A stretch of 56,619 nt of DNA, counting the filler, from Sphacelaria rigidula (lineage: Eukaryota), in NCBI GenBank assembly GCA_964200075.2. It is 7 parts of 7 records of this genome, joined end to end, with 100 filler letters (N's around TTAATTAATTAA, not from the genome) between each part and the next. Parts side by side here need not be neighbours in the genome. Positions count along the whole stretch, not along the records: positions 32,414 to 40,415 come from CAXNAA020012685.1; positions 40,516 to 48,517 come from CAXNAA020012686.1; positions 48,618 to 56,619 come from CAXNAA020012687.1; 4 more parts are not named here. One strand, 5' to 3'. The notes under the pieces were generated by a model. That model saw nothing but the letters and a program-made list of their open reading frames with translations, searched no databases and had not been told where the DNA came from. This document shows positions 37,302 through 49,615 of this stretch, piece by piece. The translations under genes and the position numbers were made by a program. Position 1 is the first letter of the stretch, and each line of letters starts with the position of its first letter.

Positions 37302-37484
37302 GTATTGAGCCCCTGGCATTTGACTGAGGGTGAATTTTATGAATCGCTGCCTTGGTACGTTTTTCGTGATGTGTGTGTTTCGTTTGTAGTATGCGTGAAA
37401 AGGTGATTCCTCGATGGACACACACCACGATAACTGTTTGCTTCCATGCGGTTAATTTCCTCCCCCTCCCTCTCCTTTTATGGT

Positions 37485-37675
37485 TAGACACCCATGAGGC
37501 AGTGTATAGGCCGTTGCTGTCTCTGGAAGTGGCGATACTAGATAATAAAGCAAGTCATTGTAGGCTGTCATCCAAATGCACGATAATCAGTAGGCTTCGG
37601 GCCGAACAATCTCAGTAGGATGCAGCTCACCCTTCATGCGGCTCGCCGAACACACCACGGCGCTTCTCGCTTGGT
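37485..37675 (+). repeat. Interspersed repeat shared with 56430-56619
   Basis: Colinear blocks GCTGTCTCTGGAAGTGGC, ATCAGTAGGCTTCGGGCCGAA, GGATGCAGCTCACCCTTCATGCG and AACACACCACGGCGCTT. Confidence 0.9.
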
Positions 37676-37994
37676 GGTTTGAGTGCAAGCCTGGCTCGGC
37701 GAAAACCCGGCGTGCTCCGTCCCGCATTGTAGAGATGCGAGGTCAATGGTCTTATGACTATAGCATGCATGATCATGAGTACACCCCTCCTTTTATGAGC
37801 GCCTTCTTTGGTTTTTTAAACGAGAAGAGGCTTCACGGGGTAGCTTTTTACGTCGGCTCGCGGTGAGAATGTACAACATTTTTCACATATTTTCTAAGTA
37901 TGTGTGGTGGTGCGAAGACAATGGTCTCCACAGAAGAGTTTCCCGTGGATCTTCAAACTCTGCCTCAGGGCACCTTGTTCATGAAGGGTACGAG

Positions 37995-40236
37995 TCACCC
38001 CATCATTGGGTCGCCAATGTTAAAAGGTGGTTCCTCGATGGGCACTAGTTGGAATGTTTCTCTTCTACGCGGTGGTCGCCACAGCCGTGCCAATATCGTA
38101 TGCCAACATCTGGACGTCGACTCCCTACTCCGAGCTACCAGAAACTTCAATGACATGGCACTACAGAAAATGTGGAAGGCCTTGTATAAGGCCTGAAGCG
38201 GCTCTTCGGCAGTGAAGCTGTTTCACGCATTCATTGATAATAATATCTGGAAACCTTGAATCCTACGTCTCCTCTGATTGACCAGACCGAGGACAAGCTG
38301 TAAACATTCAACCCATCCTGCGGCTATCAGCCTTCACTCGAGCCGCTCATCGCCTGGCTCGACAGAGTATTTTTCAAGAAATACCCATCCAAAAATGGAT
38401 TAGGATATCCGATAGTTTGGGTTCTCAACCTCAAGTGGATGTTAGACGCTCAATTTACCGAGAGGTTGTGTCTTACACTCCGACCGTTGTACGTGACAAC
38501 GATACTTTTGTTTGCTTCTATGTCGATCACCTGTCAACAGCACATCTTCTTCGATGATGAGAGGGGGCCGCCCTCTTCTTCTGACTGACTCGAACCCAGA
38601 GGCGCGAACAACTCGTAGACTCTGATGGCGTCGAACAATTTGGGATGGGCCCATGTGGAGACGTGCGACGCCTCTCTCGGGCCCATGGTGAAGGGGGATT
38701 TGTTGCTATTGCGAGCAGGACGCACCCCAACCAAACGACACCACGAACCTATTTGCACCTACGAAACAGGAGAAGATCCGTCTTGGACGGAATATGCCGT
38801 GTATACGAAAAGCCATAGTTGCTGTGAAACTGTGGTGCAACATCCCCGACGGCGGGATCAGCACGGATGGTCATACACGTCGCCGGTTACATGTCGCACT
38901 GTGACAGTGGTAGCGGCGTACGCGCTGTCTCGCGGTTACGCGTCAATCCCTCGGACTAGTTTATCAAACCAGGCATTCCTCATATGAATAAGATTTATGC
39001 GGAAAGATCCGTTCAAACAAGACTACAAGCGTCAGGCGAAGCAGTCCACGTTGGATCATAACCCCAGCCTCCAGCATCATTTCGTCATCAACTTCGCCAA
39101 CATCGCGCTGAATCCATAGCTGATAGTCGAGTGTGCCCGGACTGGATCCAGTACATGTGTACTAGCAGAAGGATACCATGTACCCGGGGCAGATTGAATA
39201 GCGCGGTGGTTCGAGATTAGGCAAATCACGTGATCGGTACTGGAACATGACGTATGTACCGTGTATTCATTATCGGTCATCCATGAGGAGCCGCACACTG
39301 TCTAATGTTGGTTGTCCTAGAGCTTGTACGAGGCTCTGGGTGCATGGTCGATGTTTGTGGTAAGTCACTACTGAATCAATGAATATCACAAGTGTGAATG
39401 TACTGTTCCTTCACTGAAGCCTCCCTCGAGATCTAAATAGCGCGCGTAGCTATCAATCACGCTAGCGCGAATAGCTTTGCAAAAGTAAGCACAGCAAAAT
39501 TGGGGAGTACTATCGTAGTGTTGAATCAACAAAACTGTGTCCCGACAGTGATCGAAAAGAACAGCCAAGAGGGTGAGGACAAAGGGGTATTTCTACCATG
39601 GACCCCAATGTGAAGATAACTACAGAAGGGACTTGAGGAAGTTGATCAAAAGCAGCTGCTCGGAGCAGTTAATCGAGGGGAATTTGAAGAGTTTGAGCTT
39701 GATAGAGGAGTGATGAATGAGGGTACATACTTGACGCAAGGTATCCCTTGTACTTCGAGTTCGACAAAGAGAGATCAACACAATCATCCCACAAATTTCC
39801 TCCACACTCCACCCGGCAAGAGCACATGCCGGGGCAAGCAGCTTGAGGAAATATTGCTCATGTACGTTTCCACAACACCGCCCCCCCCGTGTAATGCGCC
39901 TAAAAAAGCGGGCGAGACCCTCGAGTCCAAGTTTCGGGTCTTTCGAGTGCAGATAGTCGACTACTTCCGAGAAGAAAAATGATTTGAAGCTCTCTTCACC
40001 CAAGCTTCCATCAAGGTTGTGTGAGAACCCGAGGAAAACCTCGGAAGGGGGTTTCGGTCGTGAAGTAGCAGACCAAACACAGAGAGCTTGGGACATAATC
40101 ACCGACAAGATTACTTCACCCCATATCGTTGAGCATATTGCAATATCCGGAAGCACCAGCGAAGTGCGGAATTATCTGGGTTGAAAATTTTTCCAGCAGC
40201 GGAACACAATCTCGCCAGCAGCAGAAAATACAGGGT
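37995..40236 (-). pseudogene. POT1/TEBP-alpha-like OB-fold pseudogene (OB2 and OB3 regions)
   Basis: Exon ~40236-39731 joins via a GT-AG intron (39730-38759) to an exon starting at 38758. The product reads SLVLPDI...ALCVWSATSRP...GMIVLISL...LRQ|VQIGSWCRLVGV...SHVSTW...DAIRVYE, compared with POT1 OB2 LKLCDV, LKVWDGT and RSLKVGSFLRI. After a frameshift comes PPLIIEEDVLL...KYRCHVQ...WVF...D..RLIAAG (OB3-like). Several in-frame stops are present. Motif match by eye only. Confidence 0.5.
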
Positions 40237-40415
40237 CAGTGTAATGCGTGAGAGGGTCGCGTGCTTTGAGGACCGCATCGGGATTTAAACACCCCTATGG
40301 TTAGGGTTGGGGTTAGTGTTGGGGTTAGGGTCAGGGGCGTGGTACCTCCAGGGACTGACCCGATTGGTTTTGAAAAACGTCGATCCTGAGGCATTTTGAA
40401 CTACGGCGCGGTCCT
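40237..40415. mobile_element. MITE with telomere-like repeats, copy 2 (opposite orientation, cut by the contig end)
   Basis: CAGTGTAATGCGTGAGAGGGTCGCG terminus; internal GGTTAGGGTTGGGGTTAGTGTTGGGGTTAGGGTCAGGG; reverse-complement match to 10701-10918. Confidence 0.85.
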
Positions 40416-40515
40416 NNNNNNNNNNNNNNNNNNNNNNNNNNNNNNNNNNNNNNNNNNNNTTAATTAATTAANNNNNNNNNNNNNNNNNNNNNNNNNNNNN
40501 NNNNNNNNNNNNNNN
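40416..40515. other. Artificial contig spacer
   Basis: N44-TTAATTAATTAA-N44. Confidence 0.98.
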
Positions 40516-40707
40516 TTCACTGATTGACCGCTTTTCACTCTCAATCGTATCATCTACTCTCAATCTCACGAAAACACTGTTATCTCCTGCCCGTTCATCC
40601 GCATCAGACGGGATCCAAGAGTCGACGACAACACGTCCACACGGGTACACAGACGTTACGGTAGCCTCGCTCTGTGACACTTCGCAAATCAAAATCTGCT
40701 CAACTAT

Positions 40708-41160
40708 AAACAGCCGATCATGACAATTGATAATGGATCTTTTCATCGAGGATGATCACCCAGAAATTAAATCTTCGCATCCATACCAACGCTTCGAGAT
40801 ATGGTTCCATTCCTTCATCTGCTGGTAGCTATTGACGACTACTACACGACGTACAAATAAAAAATTTGAGTTCGATGACCGAAATTTGGAAGTCGTAAGT
40901 GAAAAAACAATCCTAGGGAGTTTAGGCTATCCGGCCGGATCACAAACATTTCCAACATTTTCTCTTTCACCTAGGACCCCCAAATTTCGGTAATCGGAAT
41001 GCAAATTTGCATGGCGTGTAGTAGTCGTCAACAGCTACCAGCAGATGAAGAAATGAAATCACAGCTCGAAGAATTGGTGTGGTTGTGAAGATTTTTCATT
41101 TTCCGGGTCATCATCCTACATGAGAAGCTCCATTCTCAATTGCGATGATCGGCTAACCAT
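40708..41160. repeat. Foldback: long imperfect inverted repeat (arms ~40708-40895 and ~40975-41160)
   Basis: For example, CTTCATCTGCTGGTAGCTATTGACGACTACTACACG pairs with CGTGTAGTAGTCGTCAACAGCTACCAGCAGATGAAG. The adjacent 40523-40580 segment is similar to 32992-33050. Confidence 0.85.
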
Positions 41161-44100
41161 AAGACGAAAGACTTCGCAAACACACAAAGTGGACAAAATA
41201 CGACTCAACTGCACTCCCAATTCAAGATGGGTGAACCCCACGCTTATTTTCACCGCGTCTGGAATCAGATCGGTCATTATGGAGTCATCACCGGCCCTCT
41301 CACATGGCTTGCAAGATCATGAGCACAACTCTAACACGGCCACCTTCCTGAGCTAACGGGCGTCGTTGGTATGTGCAAGAGTTGCGAAATGAAGTCGAGT
41401 AATGTCCACCGGGGGAGGGGGTCGATAGGTCCGTATTGTATACGTGACTTGTCCGACAAGCTCATGATCCATATGCGAGATCGCTGGAGTGACCGTTCAA
41501 GCTTGAAGCATAGTCCCATACCCGCACGGGAAAAAGGAGAAAAATGCGACAGCACGCAAACAAGCGCAAAACACTCAACGCCATCAACGCAGGACCCTTC
41601 CCCCCGCCCTCACCCTCATCCCGTCACCTGTCATCTCCGTCGTCGCCGCAAATATCCCAACCCTGACCATGAAGACCTCCAAGGTTATGGCCGAACTCGT
41701 GTGTGGAGGTCAGTTTCCACAAGCAACTCGGATCCACCACGGAGTGTAGCGTACCCCTACTCGTGTTATTGGGAGAAACGGCAGGTGGCAGTGGTCCAGA
41801 GAATGCAATAAGATGAAAAGGGGTTGATCACGTGGGACGAGGGAGGAGTGGGGGGCACACACACTGCACAAATCCGCGAAGGACAAGATCAGTCTAGTTC
41901 TTAACGTCCCTTGCTCTCTCTTTAATCTCTCTTTGTTTCTCTGTCAGTTCCTGTTCACCTTCTTCTGTTGTTTCTACTTCAATTTTCGACTCCTTTCTCG
42001 AGTCTCCGTTCAGGAAGTGTTTCTGCCTTGTTCACCTTGGGTATACATATATCGGGTAAGCGACCGCGGGTGGATTCCAACGGATCAGTCGTGTGACCAT
42101 CTTGATTTACTAATTGATTGATCGCCCACAAAAGTTGGTCACATGAAAAACGTATATCGAATCTAGCTGTCGAAACGTTTACCACGCAGCAGTCTTGTCA
42201 ACGTTTTCAAGCCCACCTGAAGTCATGAAGAGGCACACTTGGATGGTTTGCTACTCACTGCATCCAACTACTTCGTAATTAGAGAGTTTCGGAGACACAC
42301 ACCACTACGGTCAGCGTATCCGTTGACAGCGTATATCTGATGAAGCTAAACGTTTTGAAAGTGCGAACATAATGAGATATATCCCGATAAAGCTTACGCT
42401 GACGAACGAAAACGCGTTTCTGACGCACTCTATAATAGCATCGTGACGAACCACAGACGATGTAGACATTTTGCTGACACCCCTCACTACGGGCGGCGGG
42501 ATGATGACCGTGTCATGTCTTAAGACTCGGCAGGCTGATCAGGTGGATGCATCGGTACGCTTGAAAGAGTACTGGCTCCGATCATCGACATCTGTGGTGA
42601 AACTTCCGAGTTGTGAGGCGATGCTCTATGCGTGGCACAGTAGCATGAAAGTCAACGATTTTTCCTCAAGGGCTGTCTGGATATTTGTAAGGAGAAGAAT
42701 ATGGAAAGACGACTCCGGTGTACCCATACATTTGGCCCAAAATGTCTGCAATAGTGATAAAAGAGACCCTTGTTTGTCATCGTGAAAAGGGACGGTGTCA
42801 CGGAATGTGGAGGAACGGGTCCCGACGAGGAATAGTAGTCCATTGAGCGGATGTGAACGCTCGATACGCTCGAATAGTCGACTTCTGGATGTAAATCTTT
42901 GCTAAGGAGCCGTTAACAAGACACGAGTAGGGTATGGGTGTTCAGAGTCGTGTCCAACGGTTGATCAAGGAGTTCGTATTGCATGGTTGAATGGGTCTGA
43001 TTACAATTCGTATGTTCCATGTCCACAACGGACAGTGATGTCCGGAGTTGTTTTATGGTCTATGATCGATGGGACGATGTGCGGGGTATTTAGCTGGTGC
43101 CGGCGAACCGTTGGTGGTGCTTCCCGGCCAGCAACGTTTCTATTTTTATCGTGTCTGTATTTTGGCATTTTGGGGTCGGTATGATGACTGTGTATGTGAG
43201 TTACATTCGTCGTTGTGGGGTGCAACACCCCCGCCCTCGTTTTTACTCTCTGGTTTCGGTTGCTTTATCAACAGCTAGACTGCCCTTGTCCCCGCAGACT
43301 ACTCGAGTCCTTGCTGGTGAGCCTTGGTTAGGGGAATGGGCCACTGGTTGGCGATTAGATGCTAGTTGGACATCCACTTCTTGTGGACGCTTTAAACTGA
43401 TTCGCTTCACCGCTTAGTGCTGGCATCAAATATATTTGGTTAGACTGCTGACCGTTTCGTATACGCAGTGAATTGGCACAGCTCGAACCTCTGTATTTGC
43501 GAACATCAAGACAAGGCTTTAGTGTGACTCCCTTCCCAGGGCTGCTGCACCAACTCATATACAAATTGGGGCTTCAGCTGGGAAGGATACCGAAAGACAA
43601 CTCTGATTTCCCCATAAATATGACCCAAAATGTCCGCGATAATGACTAAAGGGGCACTTGTTGGTCATCGAACCGTAGAAAGGGACGGTTCGCATTACTA
43701 CAGTTTCGGGGATATAGGGCAAGGGTCGGCACAATATTGCTTCATCATATTATATTATATATTTAAAAGTTCAGAAGTTCAAGATAGAGATGTAAAGTTT
43801 GTGCATCTTGAGTGCCACCGTTTCGTCCGTTCATCTAGGCGTCAAGGGCGTGTTCTTTTTTACACCAGGGAAAGCTGTGTGATAACAGCACACCACTTTT
43901 GCGCTGTTTGCTTTTTTCAGCGGCGGTGAATGAGAATCTCCCGTTCCATAGTGCGGTCTCGAAATCGCTGAGTTGTAGTCTCCTCCATCCGTCTGTGTTC
44001 ATTGCACAACCTTCCCTCTGGAGTTTTCGTTATTATCATCATTTGATTACTATTTCCGCACATTAGTCCGATCTCTCGAACCCGTGGTCACAGACGTAGG

Positions 44101-44349
44101 CTCGTCTTCCCAATACCATCCCTGCTACTCCTTTCAAGACATGGAGTCCTCCATCCTTTTGTTTCTGAGATTCCAGCCTAATTACAAGAAGGAACGCAGT
44201 CAACTAAAATATTGCCAAGATGAAAATAAGAAGAAAGTCACCAAGAAAAACATGAGAAGTAGTTTTCCCGAGTTCAACGGGGTGAAAACAAAACAAACAA
44301 AAACCTTCAGATCTGCGAAAAATAGCACACCGACGAAGGGAAAGAAGAG

Positions 44350-47300
44350 GTAAGATAAGGTAAGAAAAGACAAGACAGGACAAGAAAAAGACAGACGACA
44401 CAAAGGGATTCGCAAGGTCACCGGGCGGTGGGCAACTAAAAACACCACCCCAGGCATCCCCATGATCACCACCACAGCTGTTCGGAGACACCGCAGGCGT
44501 ACGAGTGAGTGTACTACCCAATGGACTACTGGTTACTTTTTGAGGGTCCTCGGTCTGCACTAGGGGAGCTCTAGGGGTAGCACAGTAAATGTTTCTCAGC
44601 GTGGCGTGCTTTCGCTCAGGTTGCCATGTACATGTCAGCCCCCTCCTCGACAAGTCGGGACCATTCGGACACATCTTGGGCGACCTGCGTCCACGATGTT
44701 GCATTTGTTTCGAAGCACGAGCAGTAGTCCGTGATACAGTGTTGTAGGCGCCTTGCTGGTCGGTCTGCCCTCGTCTTCCCCCCCAACCATGACTCCACGC
44801 ATGACGATGTTGGGAAGGCGGTCATCGCGCATGCACAAAACGCGGCCGGCGTGTAGGAGGGTTTGTTTCATCACGGTGGCCACAATGCACCCGCAGCTAG
44901 TTCGTTCGAGATTCTCGTGCTATGGCAGCATGTGGCAGTCAGGGGCGCTGCGGCTCGAGGTATGTTTATTGAGGCACCTCAGCAGAAATTCCCGATGGGC
45001 CTCCTGTAACGCGCCGAAATTATGGTGTGCGATCTTCAAGGTCACGCAGTCGTACAGCATTACCTCGATCACTTCAGTTTTCAGGAGACGAACCTTGATG
45101 GCGAGGGCAATGTACAAATTGTCGTATACCGCTTCCCTGTACTTGTAGAAGCACGCCCAGGCCTGGCCAATGCGGCTGTGGATCTCGGGAGTGACATCAC
45201 CGATGCTGCTGATTTTTCCACCGAGGTAGAAGAGCGACTCAGCTTACTTTTATCTTTGACCCGCTGCTTCCACCTCGATCGTATCCGCCTTCATGTTCGG
45301 GGAGCGCGTGTGCATGGTGACCGTCTTCTTTTCCGCGACTACGAGACCGAATGCCGCACATGCTTCGACGACGGCCGTCATCATCTTTGCTAGGCTTACC
45401 CGGGACCGCGAAGCGACGCCAGCGTCGACGGCGTACAGCATAGCCCAGAGCACTTTGCTGGGTTCGTCCCTGGTCTTCCCGCCCCGATTTATTGATCGAG
45501 AAGCCCATTTGCTGAGCGATTCGAATGGAGTCCTGCACCACCGCCTCATTGATCGAGAAGCGGTCAAACGCTACCGTGAGTACCGCCTCGAAGAATATGT
45601 TGAACAGACCGAGGGGAAGCACACACCCTCGGCGAGGCCCTGGTTAACGTTAAACCACTCAGACGTCTCGCCGCCGTCCTGGCGTACGTATGCCCGCATG
45701 CCGTCGTGGAATTGGCGGATGATGGAAATTACCTTGGCGGGGATACCGTAGCGTGCTAGAACTTTCCAGAGAAGAGAGCGATCCACTGAGTCGTATGCCT
45801 TTTAGAGGTCGATGAAGCACACGTACAGAGAAACATTTTCTGTCTGGCTAGTTCTTGGAGCCTGCGCACAACGAACATCAGATCAACTGTGTACCGGCCA
45901 GGTCGGAAACCGCGTTGTGCTTCTGAGGCGATTCACTTCCACTCGCAATAAGCGCTGAGGCGAGTGGCGACTATCTCGAGTACCACCTTACTCGCGTGAG
46001 ACCCAAGAGAAATACCACGGTAGTTGCCGCATTCGTGCGGGTCCTGTTCCTTGATCAGCACCTTGATTATGGCGTATTTCCACTCCTGCGGTCCTACTTC
46101 CTGACGTCGCACGGCGAGTACGATGTTGTGGAGGCACTTCAGAATGGCAGAGTCTTCGGTGCGGCCGGGCTTCAAACGTTCACCACAGATGTTGTTCGTC
46201 CCAACGGCCTTGCCGTTCGCTAGCTTGCCGACCGCTTCCTTACTTCTGACATCGAGGGCTCCGCCGCGAGTGGTGCGTGCTCCGGCATCTGCTCGATGAG
46301 ATCGAGGACAGAGTGGTCGATCCTAGGTGAGGTTGCGTCCAGCAGTGTTTCGACCCATTCCTTTCACTGTTGAAGGATAGCTTGCTTGTCCCACGACAGC
46401 TCGCCAGTCGCGCTCCTGACGTAAGTTGAGTCGCTCTACTTCTTTCCTTTCCGTTCCAAGGACTTGATATGCTGGTACATAGTCCTGCTTGATTCTTCTT
46501 GCGAACAAACTCCGGTGTCCGGATTGTGATTTCGTGAACGAAGTTCTGCAACTCAGCATTCTTCACCCGTTTGAACGCTTTGTCTTATACCTTCAGCACC
46601 TTCTTCAGAACAGCGTCTTTCGGTTCGCTGGCAGATTCTTGCAAACATTTTCCCTGAGATCCCACGCCTTTTGGAGACAATTCTGAGCTTGAGTTGACTC
46701 ACTGAGGCCTTTAGAGGGGGTTTTCTTGGGGCATCGAGGGAGTGTATCCGCGGCCGTCTGTCGCAGGGCGTCGGCGAAGGTAGATGTCACGTCGTTGATG
46801 TCCATTACTGTGGGGGAATGTTTTACATGCGGGAGCTTAGCGACAATGGCTTGTGAAACAGTCGCTCTCCAGCGTCCGTCGGATGCGAGGACGCTGCGGC
46901 CGAAACGCACTCCCCTATCCCCGCCTCTCAGTTTCGGTTGGCGGCTGGGAGCGTTGAGTCCGAGGAGACGGATGGTGGCTGAGATCAGACGATGGTCCGA
47001 CTTCATCTCGGGGTACACAGTGCCATTTTGGACAAGTCTGCGGTCTTGCTGACGTACTAGGATGTAGTCTAGGCGCCAGCGGTATTCGGCCTTCGGTGTC
47101 GCACATGGGTATACGGTCGAGCTTTCCCCGCGTATTGGTGTACGAAAAAATGTGTTGGTGACGGTAATTTTGTGTTCCGCATTACCCGAACGTCATCCAT
47201 GCCTCCTCCTTCTCTCTTTCCGGTACGAGCATTGGCATTCATCATGAGTACTAGGTGCTCGTTGGTGGGCACTTCAGCGGTGGAACTACTGATGGTTCTC

Positions 47301-48300
47301 TAGAACTTGGTCTTTTCAGGGCCTTGTGCTGTCTCAGTAGGAGGATACCCTACGATGAAGGTTGTTGCATCTCTATGCCTGAAAGAAACTCGTACCTTGA
47401 GGATCCTAGCACTCACGTCTTCGGGGGCGATGGCTTCTGGGCCAAGCGTGCTGGCGATAGACCCCTTCATGGCGAGGCCGACTCTGAGCATTCCCGGTTC
47501 ACCCCCGTCTCCATGGAAGTGGCCACTGCAGTGAACGATGTACCCTGCTGCCGGTGCGTGGAAGGTTATTCGTCCATCGCGCCGGGTTTCTTGGAGGGTG
47601 GCGAAATCACAGTTGTATTTGGATGCAAAAATCAGCAGGCCCTTGGCGTGACCTGTGCCGTTGGAACCTCTCTCGGCCATGGTACGTACATTCGAAGTAG
47701 CCAACCCCACCTCTTTGGATCGAGACTCCGCCCTTGCGGTGGTGTGACGAGTGCAAGCTTGAACCTTGGCGGCTCGCTGGGCTGGTCTTTACCTTCTTCC
47801 CTTCCTTCGTCTTGCGGTGTCCCTTTCCTGTTTGGTATTTGATCCAGCACTTGTGTGCTATTATCTGTTTACACGCACTCTTCTGCCTACGCTGGTTCAT
47901 ACCTCGTTGTTCCTACGCGGGATTCAGCAGACATCGCGCACGTCGACCTCCGCCAAGTCGATCTTTGTGCTTGCACGCACGCCACTGTCTACTCTCAGAG
48001 CTACGACAGCAATTATTTCGACGGTGGCGATGACTAGTCGGATTAGCTGCCCCCGCCGGCAGGAGTAGGGCGTGTTCCGATATCGTCGTCATGAAGCAGA
48101 AAATGTACGGGGGTTCACCGCCGTATGGTGCAGTCAGTGATGCCAGTGCGATGGGCGCCCACACCAGTGTGGTGCGGAGCAGTACACAGTAGCAGGAGTT
48201 ACTCTCCACACAAGCCGAGTGCTGTACTCTCCCAGGGGCCGTTGTCTTAGCTGACCTGAACGTGGCCTCGGTGGTTCGGGTCTACAACCGGGGGGGGGTC
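44350..48300 (-). mobile_element. Near full-length decayed RTE-clade non-LTR retrotransposon (APE endonuclease + RT)
   Basis: APE motifs LATSNVRT, LQETR, VGLA, NARTG, LDYIL and SDHRL; RT motifs NYRGISL, FIDL*KAYDSVDR, GIPAKVISII and MLYAVD; RTE-type C-terminus LLHAGRVLCMRDDRLPNIVMRG...GRP; (TCTTG/TCTTA)-type tail at about 44350-44400. Many stops and frameshifts; the 5' boundary is approximate. Confidence 0.92.
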
Positions 48301-48517
48301 GACTATATAACGGGCGTTAAACACCGTAAGGCTTGCGCGTGCGGGTCACATTGACAGTGCGAGTCACGTAGCTCACGCGCGGATTGTTACGGATCGCGGC
48401 GTGATGCGGTGGAAGGGGGACAGTACAATGATGGGCCGTTGATTCGGAACGAAGATACGCGCCCGGAGGGCTGATCGCGGGAACTGGCTAGTACCTGCGG
48501 TCAGGGGTGAGGATGTT

Positions 48518-48617
48518 NNNNNNNNNNNNNNNNNNNNNNNNNNNNNNNNNNNNNNNNNNNNTTAATTAATTAANNNNNNNNNNNNNNNNNNNNNNNNNNN
48601 NNNNNNNNNNNNNNNNN
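48518..48617. other. Artificial contig spacer
   Basis: N44-TTAATTAATTAA-N44. Confidence 0.98.
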
Positions 48618-49615
48618 CCAACTGTGTTCGCACCCGCTTTTCACCAAAGTGCAACACCAACTTACTTGGATTGAACACCCTCAGCGGACCTCCTACGACA
48701 GTGGCCATGATGGGGAATGCGAACTGCTGCGTGAAAACCCCCGGCGCAGACATATGCCACAGCTGCCGGACGAACATCAACCGTGCGGTGTCCCTCGAGT
48801 CGAGAGATAAACCGTCGTCCAGTCCGGGAGACACGGTCCACCCGGAGGTTGCCAGATCTTCCCTGACTTCCGTGCTGTAGCAGGGCCAGGCTCCATAAAA
48901 TCATATTGATCACCGAGGAACAACTCCATGTACTTGATCCCCGTGATCACGATGGCCCGTCTCAGCTTTCTGGCCAGTCGCAATATGGCCTTCCGACGGT
49001 CGCCCCTCCTCCTTTTCGCGATGATCAGAGTCGCGACGGCACTCATGAAACAGTCCCTGTTCCCAATGCACTGGAAAGCGATGCCAACCCGACCACCATC
49101 TTCGGGGTTCGCCCCTTTCAAAAGGGCCTCCGTTACTCTGTCGACGTCGACTCCCTTCTTCAGGAGGTCCTCCTTGACCTTGACGACATGCATCCGAGGA
49201 GGCACAAGACGGAGGGCCGAAGGGTGAGATTGTGTGTGTCTCTGAAAACAGATCTTCAACGCGTCACACCTCTTGATGGCGTCTCGGGTGGACCTCGATA
49301 TCGATGAGCCTGTTCCCCATCCGCTTCAAACAAAGTACCATTCCAACACTATGCGATAGTCGATTTGATGCCCAAGTAGATTTCAACGTCTTTTGCCAGT
49401 TTCACATGCGGCTAGTTGACTATCCTCCAAATCCCTCGATACGACATTCACCGTTCCAAAGGGGACAGAAACTCGGTGGAACCGTTTCATCCCTGTGGAG
49501 GGTGGGTAGTATCCTCCTGCCCAGGGGTTGAACACCGGTAGGGAAACAGCCCACAGCTGGTCGCTCTAGAGGGAGGGAGACGGACCCAGCACAACATGAA
49601 ATCCTCCCAGAGGTC
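48618..49615 (-). pseudogene. Decayed ORF: chromodomain-like segment followed by a USP (peptidase C19)-like cysteine protease region, cut by the contig end
   Basis: One frame (with stops) reads NLLGHQIDYRIVLEWYFV*SGWG...RDAIKRCDALKICF (chromo-like), then GIAFQCIGNRDCFMSAVATL (USP Cys-box-like) and LFLGDQYDFME (QxD-box-like). After frameshifts comes NPSKLVLHF (LPxxLxLHL-like). No introns were seen. Confidence 0.42.

Noticed and set aside
41437-42130. Possible solo LTR (TG...CA, G-rich tract before, TGGT shortly after)
   Set aside because: No TSD, no second copy and no adjoining gag-pol motif; cannot be supported.
48020-48300. HDV-like ribozyme in the RTE 5' UTR (a GCTAAT and a TCGGA/TCCGA pairing are present)
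   Set aside because: I could not build the P1/P3/P1.1 nested pseudoknot by hand; an RNArobo or Infernal search would be needed.
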